Shown: in pieces, positions 46,840 through 57,180 of the stretch | Position numbering within the stretch: the stretch's first letter is position 1 | Layout of the letters: each line of letters starts with the position of its first letter | IMG/VR virus record: IMGVR_UViG_2832928787_000001 | Location: 1 to 64,000 of that record | DNA: 64,000 nt | Reading direction: 5' to 3' (one strand) | Source: a virus | Taxonomy: Duplodnaviria; Caudoviricetes | Program-made: the position numbers and the translations under genes | Notes under the pieces: generated by a model | The model's input: the letters and a program-made list of their open reading frames with translations, nothing else | Told to the model about the DNA's origin: nothing | Database searches by the model: none

Positions 46840-47924
46840 CTCGCCCCAGAAAGAAAAATCGCGATCTCCCACCGCGCATGTACCTGAAGCATGGCGCCTA
46901 TTACTACGTCACCCCAGCAAAGAAATGGATACGTCTATCCAGCAATCTAGAGGAGGCCAAGAGAAAGTGGGTCGAACTGGAAGCGCCATGCATGATGCCG
47001 TCGCAAGGCATGCTGGCGTTATTAAATCGCTATTCTGTCGAGGTGCTGGCAAATAAATCCCCCAAGACCAGACAATTGCAGGAACCGCAAATGAAGCCAC
47101 TTGAAGCTGCGTTTGGCGATATGCGACCGGATGAAGTTAGACCGGTACACATTGCCCAATATCTCGATTACAGAGCAAGCAAAGACGCCCCGGTCGCGGG
47201 AAACCGGGAAAAGCAGTTACTGTCTCACGTTTTCACCATGGCAATGCGCTGAGGTATCGTAGACACCAATCCGTGCAAAGGCGTAACCCGGAACAAGGAA
47301 GTGCCGCGCACCCGATATGTCTCCGACCAGGAACTGGGCGACTTTATACAGTTCGCAAGAGACCTGAAAGTGGGGATGCTGAAAATCCGGGTCGATGATG
47401 ACGGGAATGTACTGATGCCACAGCGAACGGCGAAGCGCTATACACGGCCACTTGCAAGTGGGCAGGTGGTTTCCAGCGTGCTGGACATTGCCTATCACAC
47501 TGCCCAGCGCCGCCAGGATGTCCTGGCGCTTACTCTCGATGACATCACTGATGCAGGCATACTGTTCCGGCAGCGGAAAACGCAGGATACCGCGCCGGTC
47601 AAAGTCCTGGTCAGCTGGAAGCCGGGCTTGCGCGAGGCCGTCAGGGTCGCCATGACCCTACCCCGCCGAGCCGGGTTCCTGTTCGAGACCCGCGGGCATC
47701 CCTATACCGACGACGGGTTCAGTTCCCTGTTCCAGCGAATCATGCGCACCTGGGGTTTACTGGGCCATGAGCGGTTCACGGTTCACGATCTGCGCGCCAA
47801 GGGCGCAACCGACCTACTCGATCAGGGGGCTCAGGCAATAGACACTACGGGGCACGCCTCGGACAGCATCCTGAGGAGGGTCTATGACCGGCGCAGAACG
47901 CGCCGAGGGACGGCTGTGAAGTGA
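46836..47924 (+). pseudogene. int: Tyrosine integrase interrupted by one in-frame TGA (47250-47252)
   Basis: AMR*GIVDTNPC reads through in frame to TAQR, HDLRAK, GH and VYDR. Confidence 0.88.
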
Positions 47925-47974
47925 CATATATTAGACAACAGTGTCTATTATCACGTCCAAATCAAGCAAAAGAA

Positions 47975-48000
47975 AATGGCTTGCAGTGATGCAAGCCATT
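47975..48000. terminator. Hairpin terminator downstream of the tRNA 3' end
   Basis: aatggcttgca-gtga-tgcaagccatt with U-rich tail on the minus strand. Confidence 0.7.
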
Positions 48001-48008
48001 GATATTAC

Positions 48009-48055
<47 letters not shown>

Positions 48056-48263
48056 CTAAGCGGCGCACGTAGCCGCCTGATTTCAATAGCAAAATCGCGC
48101 TCGGATTGTGCCATTCCTGCACGAGACTGCAACCACCTGCACTACGCCTGCACCCGCTGCGGCACAAATCCGGCACAGTGTGCCGCGACCCTCTACGCCC
48201 ATCGCTCGCAATGAGCGCTCGCCCGGGCTAATGTGCTTCTGATAGCCCTGATCAGAGGTTTCC

Positions 48264-48476
48264 ATGGAAAATTACCCCCCTGTACTTTCCCAATTCGAAG
48301 TTCAAGCCAAGATGCTGGACTTTGCTGAAGACTCATCCAACCTCGAAGATGCCATTGCTATGCTCGCAGGCTGGATTGAGATGGCGGAACCTCGTCTGCA
48401 GCAGCACGACATTGCGGCCCTGATCTGCATCGGTGGAACGCTGTATCGCGAAAGCCGACGTCGGCGTCTCACGTGA
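48264..48476 (+). CDS. Small helical protein, paralogue 1
   Basis: QFE.QA..LD.AED...EDAIA.LA.WI...IGGTLYR shared with 49051. Confidence 0.75.
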   Translation: MENYPPVLSQFEVQAKMLDFAEDSSNLEDAIAMLAGWIEMAEPRLQQHDIAALICIGGTLYRESRRRRLT

Positions 48477-48613
48477 TCTCGTACCGCTCAGCAGACAACA
48501 CCTTTTGTCGCTCGCGTCAGCGTCTCCCAGTAGCTAATCTTTCTCTATGCGGCACCGCCTCAAGAACACTGGCCGGCGGGACCAATGGCGCCAACAAAGG
48601 GGAAGCGGCCACC

Positions 48614-49006
48614 ATGTACCGTGTCTTTTTGCGTAATCCGGACCAACAAGTCGTCCCGAGCTCAGTCACCATCACAAAAGATGCATCTGCCGCAGCCCAA
48701 GCATTTGCGGCGCTCATAGAGCGTACTGACTTCGATGGCAAACCGTTCTCTGCTGTCTTGAACTGCAACCGAACCCAGCTCGCTCACCACCGCTTTCATC
48801 ATCGACCGGGGCAAGAGCACTACTGGCGCGGCCGTCTGGATGAAATCAAGTGGCCTAAGACGGGGCACCCGAGGGTGCTAGAGGGCGGGAAGCGCATATC
48901 CGTCTATCTGGATGTCCCCAGCCATCAGCATGCGGTGGCGCTAGGTGGTGGCAACGCCAGCGAGGGAATCCGATTGGCCTTGGCCGCTATCGGTCGTAAG
49001 AGCTGA
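48614..49006 (+). CDS. Protein with C-terminal ribbon-helix-helix-like domain
   Basis: GGKRISVYLD...ALGGGNASEGIRLAL. Confidence 0.6.
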   Translation: MYRVFLRNPDQQVVPSSVTITKDASAAAQAFAALIERTDFDGKPFSAVLNCNRTQLAHHRFHHRPGQEHYWRGRLDEIKWPKTGHPRVLEGGKRISVYLDVPSHQHAVALGGGNASEGIRLALAAIGRKS

Positions 49007-49050
49007 AGGAGCCGCGCAGCTTCTCCCCCGATGGACTTGGAGAAACAAAC

Positions 49051-49314
49051 ATGAATGACCGGCATCCCATCATCGAGCAATTTGAGGCTCAGGCAGAGCT
49101 GCTGGATATGGCGGAGGACGAATCTGCCATTGAGGACGCCATTGCAGTCCTGGCAAGTTGGATTGATGTAACAGCGGAGCGCCTGTCAGATAATGACCTT
49201 GCTACTCTGGTGCACATCGGTGGAACCTTGTACCGGCAAGGCTTGCATGATCGCATTAATAAGTTGCTGCAGGATCAGCGCTCCCTGCCGCCCGAAGATA
49301 GCCCAATCTGGTGA
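49051..49314 (+). CDS. Small helical protein, paralogue 2
   Basis: Clear similarity to 48264-48476; GGAG RBS. Confidence 0.75.
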   Translation: MNDRHPIIEQFEAQAELLDMAEDESAIEDAIAVLASWIDVTAERLSDNDLATLVHIGGTLYRQGLHDRINKLLQDQRSLPPEDSPIW

Positions 49315-49391
49315 ACTCGCAAAGCCAGAAACTGGGTGCTGCCCCCCCCTTCTGAACGGTCCGGCGGGTCTGCATAGAGAGGGCATCAGCA

Positions 49392-49640
49392 TTATGGTGT
49401 GACGGCTTGTTGCAGCCCTGCCCGCTCCACGACACAGACCACATACTGTCGCACCAGAACCAGATAGCGCTCGACCAGATCATCCGGGTTATCGCTGGTC
49501 GGGCGCTCAATCTGTGACGCCGGCGTCACCAGATTGGCCGGCAGCGATGGTCGCATTGGCATCGTCGACGGCGGACTGGATGCGGCGCAGGCGCTCAGCA
49601 TCAAAACGGCAATCGGCAGGCAAGGGATTCTGCATCGCAT
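49392..49640 (-). CDS. o-spanin lipoprotein
   Basis: MLSAC lipobox, Pro-rich, overlaps the i-spanin; start uncertain. Confidence 0.7.
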   Translation of the reverse strand: MRCRIPCLPIAVLMLSACAASSPPSTMPMRPSLPANLVTPASQIERPTSDNPDDLVERYLVLVRQYVVCVVERAGLQQAVTP

Positions 49641-49902
49641 AGGTACGGTACTCCGTGGTGTGCCGGGTGGCGTTGGTGTTGATCTGGTCGACGCGTTGCT
49701 GGATGTCGCCGGCGATGGAGTTCAGGCGGTTGGACTCGGTGCGGAAGTCGGCCAGGGCCTGACGGGCGTCGGCCAGCGCCCTGTCCTGAACGGCGCGCTC
49801 GGCCTGCAGGTCGCGGGTGTGCCAGCCGTGCCACCAGACGCCGGCCAGCAGCGCAAGGACAGCCAGCGCGCCGGCAATCCATCGGATCAGTGCATCAGAC
49901 AT
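49507..49902 (-). CDS. i-spanin
   Basis: N-terminal TM, coiled coil, PLPADC. Confidence 0.75.
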   Translation of the reverse strand: MSDALIRWIAGALAVLALLAGVWWHGWHTRDLQAERAVQDRALADARQALADFRTESNRLNSIAGDIQQRVDQINTNATRHTTEYRTYAMQNPLPADCRFDAERLRRIQSAVDDANATIAAGQSGDAGVTD

Positions 49903-50360
49903 AGTTCCCTCTCCGCCTCACGGCGTGCAGTCAGGCCGGGCAGCACCTGGCCGCCGGCACGATTCCAGCGCAGCAGCTCGTTGCAGCCGCCGACAGTGTC
50001 ACCGCCGTTCAGCCGGCGCAGCAGGGTCGAACGCTGGTATGCGCCCGGCCCGACGTTGTAGACGAACGACGCCAGCGCCGCCCGGCGGGTATCCGGCATC
50101 GGTACCCGCGCACTGCGGTCGACCACGGCCAGCGCCTGACCCAGCTCGCCGGCCAGCAGCCGGTCGCATTCAACCTGCGATTTGCGCTGACCGATTCGCA
50201 CACCGGCCGTGCTGCCGTAGCAGATCGTCGGGATGCCGACCGGATCGAGATAGGCCGTGGGGCGCAGGCCCTCAAAATAGCCGGTCAGCGGCACGGCAAT
50301 CGCCAGCGCGCCGCCGGCGACGGCAGCCGCAATACGTGCTTTCAGGGCGGGCGGCATCAT
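49887..50360 (-). CDS. SAR-type endolysin (GH24 lysozyme)
   Basis: Ala/Gly N-terminal anchor, EG...YLDPVGIPTICYG, GLTARR..E. Confidence 0.93.
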   Translation of the reverse strand: MMPPALKARIAAAVAGGALAIAVPLTGYFEGLRPTAYLDPVGIPTICYGSTAGVRIGQRKSQVECDRLLAGELGQALAVVDRSARVPMPDTRRAALASFVYNVGPGAYQRSTLLRRLNGGDTVGGCNELLRWNRAGGQVLPGLTARREAERELCLMH

Positions 50361-50575
50361 GTCGCGTCCCCCGGAACGTCCGTTTCATCGCTGCCGTCTC
50401 TCCATGCCCGGTACTCGCGCCAGTAGCGCGGCACCAACAGGCCGACCTGCAGGCCGATGTAGATGAACGTGGCGATCGATACCCACTCGGCCAGGCTCAG
50501 GCCGGCCAGGGATGCGGTAGTGACAGCGACCGGCGGCGCCGCCTTGATGGCCTCGGCCATGATTTCCTTGCTCAT
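50357..50575 (-). CDS. Holin (T7-like, small)
   Basis: KAAPPVAV...GLSL.EWV.IAT..YI.LQ. Confidence 0.8.
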   Translation of the reverse strand: MSKEIMAEAIKAAPPVAVTTASLAGLSLAEWVSIATFIYIGLQVGLLVPRYWREYRAWRDGSDETDVPGDAT

Positions 50576-50688
50576 ACAGTCCCCTCGGACGTGAAAAAGC
50601 CCGCACGCGGCGGGCAAACAAAAAGGCCCGCTTTGTGCGGGCCTGAAGAAGTAATCCGCTCAAGGCGGGTTATGTGCTTGAGAAATAA

Positions 50689-50904
50689 TTACTCCGAAAT
50701 AGGTATTACGCTTGGCACATTCGCCCACGCTCTTGGAGGACGAGCGACAAGGTCAGTTTGCTCGACCACCACGCGTGCGCCACGCACATCCAGAGAGGCG
50801 CAGAGCACAGGCTTGATGAATTCGTCAAATTTCACTTCGCGGAGAAAGACCAACTCGGCGCCTGACTCGGCATGCAACACATGATCACCTTCTTTCAACC
50901 CCAT
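50689..50904 (-). CDS. Small hypothetical moron
   Basis: GAGGAGG RBS, 71 aa. Confidence 0.5.
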   Translation of the reverse strand: MGLKEGDHVLHAESGAELVFLREVKFDEFIKPVLCASLDVRGARVVVEQTDLVARPPRAWANVPSVIPISE

Positions 50905-51136
50905 AGCGTGCCTCCTCTCGGTTGGAGATCTAATCTTGGCATAAGCCGGCAGGCCTTTCGGCCCCTACGCGCTAGAAACAACAGCCGCTGGTCAGCCCGC
51001 GCTGAGGGCACATGAAGAGGCCCCGATCTGCATCACAAACCGGGGCCACTTGACCTCGCTCCGGCCCATGCGGTGGGGTCACAGTGAATTTAGATAGCAA
51101 CCCGGCGTGGCTCAAGTGGAACTGACAAGCGGCCCG

Positions 51137-51598
51137 TTACTCGGTGATGATCGGTGACATCGGCCAGTCGATGGCCTGCGGGAACCCCGCCTGCAATGGC
51201 ACGTCGCGCAGCGCCTGGCGGTAGGCGCGCACTGCGGCCAGCCCCTCGGCGCCGATCGGGTAGTCCGGCATCAGCAGATAGTCAGTAGCGGCGATCAGTG
51301 CGTCGCGCTGCATGCGCACGACCCGAGCCGCCGCCGCATCGCGGGCCTCCATCTCTGCCACCTCGGCCGAGGCATGCTCTTCAGCGGTCAGCACACCCAG
51401 TACGCCCGGGATGTCGGTATCCGCATCGTCATCGCAGGTGCCGTAGAACATCGGGACGTTAGTGGGGTACTGCGATTCGAGAGCAAACCGGAATTGCAGG
51501 CCAGAAATAGCCGGATGATCCGGGCCGTTTCGGGCCGGGGCCTTCGTCACAGGGATGCGAGTAATGTAATCGACAGCGGTATACCTGATGTATTTCAT
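51137..51598 (-). CDS. Tail fibre assembly chaperone
   Basis: RD.LI..TDY..MPDYP, YRQALRDVP.Q.GFP..I.WP. Confidence 0.85.
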   Translation of the reverse strand: MKYIRYTAVDYITRIPVTKAPARNGPDHPAISGLQFRFALESQYPTNVPMFYGTCDDDADTDIPGVLGVLTAEEHASAEVAEMEARDAAAARVVRMQRDALIAATDYLLMPDYPIGAEGLAAVRAYRQALRDVPLQAGFPQAIDWPMSPIITE

Positions 51599-51602
51599 GA
51601 TT

Positions 51603-53438
51603 TTATCCGATCTTTACGCGACGAATCGGGCGAACCAATCTAGAATCTGTCGTGGATGTAAAATCAATCGCACGGCCCGTATCCATACCAATGTAGCGCA
51701 CGTTGTTCGCACCCGAGATTGAAGTCGATTCAAAATATCCACTATTTGCTGTTGAAAGAGCCTCTGATCCCCCATTTTTAAACGCGGCTGCCGCTGTTTG
51801 GGCAGGCGACGTCGCAGTGTACCCGACCCCCTCAGGAATAGAGTACGGATTGGATCCCGAGCCACCCAATACATAATTGACGGATGTTGATGGTTTCAAA
51901 TTTCTATACAGGATTTCCATTTCATACACGGCCCCCAGATACCAATCATCAAATCCGTTAATGATCGCATCTAGGCAGTATTTTGCAGCGGGCCAGGCAG
52001 ACGTCGCCATCGCCAATGTATTGGCAAGCCCATCGACCCAGTCAGTCGGTCCCTGCGTCGCAGTGGTCGCATATTGCCGCGTTACCTCCGCCATTTTCGG
52101 CGCCACGATCAGCGCATAGGTGTCCGCCCCAATTTTGATCCGCCCAAAATAATACCCGCCCCCAAACGGGGTTCCGGGCGCGCTAGGGACCGCCGACACG
52201 GCAATCACCCGCGTCGTGGGGGTGCTCTGCCCGCCTCGTGCATCGACAGCCACCACATTGACCGTGGCCGACGTATCGACACTGGCTGCAGGCACACTGA
52301 ACGTGACCTGCTCGCCAGAGGCGATGCCAGATGTTTTACTGAACACCAGCGCCAGCGCCCCACTTTGCGAGATGGAATAGGTGACTGCATCACCGTCAGA
52401 GTCCGTCGACCCGGAAGCCACCAGCACGTTGCCGGTTGATCCCTGCATGACCGTGTCGGCCACGGTGACGATCGGCGTGGTCGGCGGTTGATTGTTGCTG
52501 ACAGTGATCGACTTCGTCACCGGCTTGCCACGGTTGCCGGCGTTGTCGATAGCCACCACGGTCACGGCATATACAGCCCCCACGGCGCCGGTCGGCGTGA
52601 CTGACCGCGTGGCGCTGCCGCTGGTGGCTGGCGTCGTCGATTTGCTGCCGTCAGGCAGGGTCCACTCGAACGACGCAATCGACCCGCCGGCCAGCAGGCT
52701 GATCGCACTGGCGGTCAGCGTCATGGCAACGCCTGCCGATCCGGTGGACGCTCCGGTGACGGTCGGTGTGCCGACAACGACCGGCACATCCTGACCACCG
52801 GTGGTATCACCGGATGCGCTGGTCAGCACGAACGCATTGAGTGACGCAGAGTAGACCATGCTGCAGATCGAGCCGGCGGCAATAGCGCCCGCAAGCAGCG
52901 GTTGGTGACGGATGGAAATCAGCGGGCGCTCGACCAAGGAGTCGATTTTGATCGTGGCAGCACCGGTATTGCCTGCAGCCGCGCGCCACCGCAGCGGCAT
53001 GCCGTCGATCAGCGTGGTGATGGCCGGCAGGTAGGTCACGGTATAGGCGGTGCCGCCGCCCGCGGCAGAGGCAAACGATGCTGCGGCACGCTGCACATCG
53101 GATTGCGTCAGCCCCCACTGGACCCACGCCGCCGGGCTCGTTGAGGGGCGTGCCCCGGTATTGGCTACCATCGCCATCCAGGTGCGATCAGACTCCTGAA
53201 CGGTGGCATATTGCGGATAGTCTTCAGTAGCAGACCACTCCGGCGTTCCACGCTGAACCAGATAGCGAATCGCCTCATCCTGGCGCTTCACCAGCCCATT
53301 GGTAAACTCCAGCGGCGGAAATCCTCCGTTCAGATCGAACGTGATGCCCCACCCGCGCGGGATGTCAGGAAACTCAACCACCTCGCCGGCCAATGCTCGT
53401 TCTGCAAAAATCACTTCGTCAGGGCGCGGATAAATCAT
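51603..53438 (-). CDS. Tail fibre with Ig-like repeats and DUF1566-like tip
   Basis: GTPEWSATEDY, NQPP..P Ig-like unit, GTPFGGGYY.G, DWYL...E, VRPIRR. Confidence 0.75.
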   Translation of the reverse strand: MIYPRPDEVIFAERALAGEVVEFPDIPRGWGITFDLNGGFPPLEFTNGLVKRQDEAIRYLVQRGTPEWSATEDYPQYATVQESDRTWMAMVANTGARPSTSPAAWVQWGLTQSDVQRAAASFASAAGGGTAYTVTYLPAITTLIDGMPLRWRAAAGNTGAATIKIDSLVERPLISIRHQPLLAGAIAAGSICSMVYSASLNAFVLTSASGDTTGGQDVPVVVGTPTVTGASTGSAGVAMTLTASAISLLAGGSIASFEWTLPDGSKSTTPATSGSATRSVTPTGAVGAVYAVTVVAIDNAGNRGKPVTKSITVSNNQPPTTPIVTVADTVMQGSTGNVLVASGSTDSDGDAVTYSISQSGALALVFSKTSGIASGEQVTFSVPAASVDTSATVNVVAVDARGGQSTPTTRVIAVSAVPSAPGTPFGGGYYFGRIKIGADTYALIVAPKMAEVTRQYATTATQGPTDWVDGLANTLAMATSAWPAAKYCLDAIINGFDDWYLGAVYEMEILYRNLKPSTSVNYVLGGSGSNPYSIPEGVGYTATSPAQTAAAAFKNGGSEALSTANSGYFESTSISGANNVRYIGMDTGRAIDFTSTTDSRLVRPIRRVKIG

Positions 53439-54088
53439 AGCAACCTCGCAAACTTTCCTTTGTTGAATCCCATTGCACCAGGCGCACCGTAAAACCCGAA
53501 CGCCTGGGTAGGAACCGAGTGGTAATAAGAGATACCGACGCCGGCAGGCCTGGGCAGAATATCCAGTGTTTTTAATGCATACCGCGTGAATTCGCTCACG
53601 CTATCGGATCGAATCATGACCGACAGGCTCATATCGTATTGGTCAAATACGGTGCTGTTTTCGTCGAAAATGAATTCCAGAGCATCGGAAATGTCATCTA
53701 CGGTGCCAACCTGATAATTTCGGGCAATGCGGCATTTGATCAGAAACCGATAATCCTCATCTGACAGCGTGACCGATTCTGTCGTGGGGTCTCCATTCCG
53801 GTACCACATCCCACCAAATGCTGCGCGCCAGCGAAACGGGCCGGCACCGTGCGCACCGCGAAATCCGAATAGTCCGCGCGGCGCCAGCCCCTGCAGTACG
53901 CGGGATTGCCCAACGTGCTTGCCGCACAAGTCCAAGTTCACGCCCCTGGCCACGTCGATGTTCAACGCATCTGGCAGCGATGCCATCCCATCCCATGTCG
54001 CGCCGAGCTGATCCGACAACAGTTTGGCCGTAGCCGCCGCACGCGGCTTGCCTTGGTACTGCCAGATCAACAGCTTGTCGTAGCTCAT
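53435..54088 (-). CDS. DUF2612 baseplate protein
   Basis: LLIWQY.GKPRA, G.NLD.CGKHVG, LPRPAGV. Confidence 0.85.
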   Translation of the reverse strand: MSYDKLLIWQYQGKPRAAATAKLLSDQLGATWDGMASLPDALNIDVARGVNLDLCGKHVGQSRVLQGLAPRGLFGFRGAHGAGPFRWRAAFGGMWYRNGDPTTESVTLSDEDYRFLIKCRIARNYQVGTVDDISDALEFIFDENSTVFDQYDMSLSVMIRSDSVSEFTRYALKTLDILPRPAGVGISYYHSVPTQAFGFYGAPGAMGFNKGKFARLL

Positions 54089-55229
54089 TTGGTCACCACC
54101 TGAATATCGGCCACGGCAAACCGGGCCAACTCGCGCACGCCAATGACGATGTTGTCACCAGTCAGCGAGTCGCTGCGGCGGCCGATGCGCAGATCCGAGA
54201 CCCAGAAGCCGGGCACGGTATTGATCGGGCTGTACAGGCGCGTCAGCAGCACGTCCTCGCCGATCCCGAACGGCTCATCCGCCATCGCCGCCTTAATGGA
54301 CTCGGCATCAACAGCGGTGAACCCAACCTTCCGCGTCACCTCAATGTATGCCGCGCATTCGATGATGTCCGGCCGGTCAAACCGCATCAGCCGGTTGCGG
54401 CCACGTGCATCCGGAACGGCCACAGAGACGTCGCCCATCAGCCCGGTGCCCCTGTTTTCCGTTCGAAGATCACCCGGGCAATCGCATCGTCCATGCCGCC
54501 ATCCACGATCACGTTCAACGAATGGCCGGGCACGCCATCAGCGTCCGTCTCGTTGCCGGTGTTTTCGAGAACGATCACCTGCCGGACATCGGCCAGTTCT
54601 CCTATCGCAGACTCAATCCCCTCGGCACTGTTCTGCGCCGTGCGGGCACGGGCGCGAAAGAATCGCGCACGCAGGTCCGGATCCGTTTCCTCTTCAGTGC
54701 CGACCTCGGCCGCGGCCGAGGTGGTGGCGCCGGACCAGCCGAGGGTGATGGTCTCGACAGTCAGGGACGTATCCGCCGGCACGGCAAATGCACCCAGTAG
54801 CTCACTGCGGAAATCGGCCCGCGCCGAACCATCGGCGCCCAGCACCACATCGGCGACCAGTCGCCAGCGAGCCTGGTTCCCGTCCGAGACAATGGCCCCG
54901 GCCGGCAGAATGGCACGCGCGGTGCCGGTCAGGATCACGCTGCGCAGGTAGCTGTAGCGGGCCCCGCGTCTCGTCAGTGCCGCGTAGGCCGCTCGTTGCT
55001 CCAGCCATGCGCCAGAGGCAGTATCCGGGTCCAGCGCCCGATAGATGGTCTCGCCCAGTTCCTCCATGTCGGCCAGCGCCTGGGAGAGCAGGCCGATCAT
55101 CTGCCCATCAGGGCTGTCCGGGTCGGTATTGATGTCGCTGCCGTAGATGGAGCGAAACCCAGCATCCAGCCCGGCGATGATCTCGTTGAGCCTCACCACG
55201 ACGTAGCCCTGGCTCGTCAGTTGCCCCAT
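54085..55229 (-). pseudogene. Baseplate J/gp47 gene split by a 1-base deletion at a G4 run (54449-54452)
   Basis: Adding one G joins 54438-55229 and 54085-54438 into ...KTGGTGLMGDV... Confidence 0.8.
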
Positions 55230-55280
55230 GTCATGCTCCAACAAAAAACCCGCCGTGGCGGGCGGGTTGCGTTTGTGCGG

Positions 55281-55634
55281 TTAGCGATCGACGTCCACGG
55301 TTGACTCGCCGCCGTAGACGTCGCGCAGCGTGGTCACGATCCGCAATTTTCGGGTGGCTGTGTCCTGCTCCATCTCGAACGACGTGATTTCGGCCACGCC
55401 CTCGGTTTTCAGGATCTGCCGTTTGATGTCGCGCTCGACCTGAGTCAGATCAGCGGGGCGTTCCATGTCGCCCAGCCACGGCAGGCCGTGATCAAGGTCC
55501 AGGAACCAGTCCATCATGAACGACAGCAGCCGGGTCCGGACCCGCTGCGCTACCGATTCCGATGTGCCGGCATAGCTGGCCCGGCCCTGGCCGAATGTCC
55601 AGTCGTTGTCGGCATCGACTCGTCGCACTCTCAT
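55281..55634 (-). CDS. gp25-like baseplate protein
   Basis: D.DNDWTFG.G, WFLD...GLPW. Confidence 0.8.
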   Translation of the reverse strand: MRVRRVDADNDWTFGQGRASYAGTSESVAQRVRTRLLSFMMDWFLDLDHGLPWLGDMERPADLTQVERDIKRQILKTEGVAEITSFEMEQDTATRKLRIVTTLRDVYGGESTVDVDR

Positions 55635-56344
55635 GCCGGCCCTCCCGTATTCCCGCCGCCGGGCTGCACGCCGCTGTGGACGTGGTTGTCCAGCACTACC
55701 CCATTCGACGACAACGTCCCACCGGATTGCTCGAACGAGCCGGACACCTTGGTGCCAGCACCGCCACCGGTGCCGCTCATGCCGGCCATGTAGGTGAACA
55801 GTTTCTCGAAAAACACCGGGCATTTCACTGTCAGGTCAGTACCGTCCATGGTGATGTGACCGGCGTCGTTAATCTTGATAAATGCCGCCCCGTCCAGCGT
55901 GCGGATGCTGACGCCGTCCATCTCGAAATTCGGGATGGCGTTCGGCCGGGAGCTGATCCCCGGGATGAACGAGGCATCGGAGTAGTCGTGCAGCCGGTAA
56001 TCCATCGGCGGCCCTGACTGGCCGGACTGGTGCCAGCCGTCGATGCACCGTTCGTTGAAAATGATCTGCCCCTCGTCGCCCGGCTTGACCGGGAACGTGA
56101 TGACGAACCCGCCAGCACGCGGGAACTGCACCGGCACGTCCACCAGTGGCGGCAACGGGGCAGCCGAGCCGCCGGTCAGCACCTGGTCAACCATGACCTG
56201 CACGGTCGCCGTCGGCCCGTCGGGGTCGAACGACACCACCCTACCCGGCAATGCTGTGTGCACGCGCAGGAGCGCGGCATCAATGGCCGCATCAGCAGCA
56301 CCCTCGGCGGATGGGTTGTCCCAGTTGTATGCGCCACTGCTCAT
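55631..56344 (-). CDS. Gp138-family spike protein
   Basis: DVPVQFPR.GG, PGDE, ERCID.W, H.H.GV. Confidence 0.88.
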   Translation of the reverse strand: MSSGAYNWDNPSAEGAADAAIDAALLRVHTALPGRVVSFDPDGPTATVQVMVDQVLTGGSAAPLPPLVDVPVQFPRAGGFVITFPVKPGDEGQIIFNERCIDGWHQSGQSGPPMDYRLHDYSDASFIPGISSRPNAIPNFEMDGVSIRTLDGAAFIKINDAGHITMDGTDLTVKCPVFFEKLFTYMAGMSGTGGGAGTKVSGSFEQSGGTLSSNGVVLDNHVHSGVQPGGGNTGGPA

Positions 56345-57180
56345 TTTTTTGCCTCCGCCTTCTCGACCTTCTCGAACTTGCCGCCGACCACGACCAGTTT
56401 GCTGGTCCAGTCGCCCCCCATAATGTCGCCACTCGAACGCAGGTTGACGATCTTGTAGTCACCATCGAAATAGTCGAGGATCGACCGCACGGTCACCATC
56501 CCGCCCACGCGCAGTGCGGGGTTCAGAAGGCACGCCAGTTCCAGGCCGTTGTCGGTGGCCTCGGGCGCGCCGATCATGCCGGTTTCCTGCGACAGGAGTA
56601 CCGACTCGCCGGGCAATACCCGGCCAGCTGGCAGCATGATCAGCTCACCATCCTGCACCGACCAGTCGGCGCCGTTGTTGGTGGCCACCTTCGAGAGCAC
56701 ATCCCGGGTGTTGCCCACCAGCACCTTGCCGCGCGGGAGCGCGCGTGTGACCGGCACGTCGATGTCACCCTTGCTGGTTCTGGTCATGGTCTTGGCCAGC
56801 TCGCCGACGATCTGGGTATCCGTCGCGCCGGCCTTCAGCGTGGTTGCCACCCTGGCCGTCTGGTAGTCAATGTCGCCGTCGCCGCACTCCAGGTCGATGA
56901 TGAAATCCAGCCCCTCCCGTTTCACCCTCGGTTTGATGATGTCGCCGGAGAATATCGTCCGCAGCTCGCTGTATCCGACTGCCAGCCGAGCTCGGTCGTA
57001 CTGCCCGGTCAGGATCTGGTGCATATGGTCCCGGTTCAGGTTCCACACCCGGATCCGGCCCGGGTTCGGCTTGGCATCGATCGATTTCTGAAACTCGAAC
57101 GCCACCCGCAGATTGCTGATGGCGATCCCTGACGTGGCATTGCCGATCTCCAGCCGCAGCTGGCGCCCGAATTGCCTCAT
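56341..57180 (-). CDS. Baseplate hub protein
   Basis: VWNLN, GDGD, WSVQDG, TGMIG.P, LLNP. Confidence 0.8.
   Translation of the reverse strand: MRQFGRQLRLEIGNATSGIAISNLRVAFEFQKSIDAKPNPGRIRVWNLNRDHMHQILTGQYDRARLAVGYSELRTIFSGDIIKPRVKREGLDFIIDLECGDGDIDYQTARVATTLKAGATDTQIVGELAKTMTRTSKGDIDVPVTRALPRGKVLVGNTRDVLSKVATNNGADWSVQDGELIMLPAGRVLPGESVLLSQETGMIGAPEATDNGLELACLLNPALRVGGMVTVRSILDYFDGDYKIVNLRSSGDIMGGDWTSKLVVVGGKFEKVEKAEAKK

Larger units (their letters stand above)
1536..48008. mobile_element. Prophage 1 (lambda-like head, P2-like contractile tail); left boundary uncertain
   Basis: Contiguous lysis, tail, head, terminase, replication, immunity and int/xis modules ending at a tRNA fragment; no second att core seen at the left. 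Confidence 0.92.

Noticed and set aside
47250-47300. Selenocysteine recoding of the integrase TGA
   Set aside because: The context points to Trp and no convincing SECIS hairpin follows.
46836-47924. Phage integrase acting as the integron integrase for the attC arrays
   Set aside because: It has phage-type architecture with xis and a tRNA att, and no recognisable IntI-specific insertion before HxLR.
51603-51760. Active DGR acting on the DUF1566-like fibre tip of prophage 2
   Set aside because: No RT or template repeat is visible in the window.
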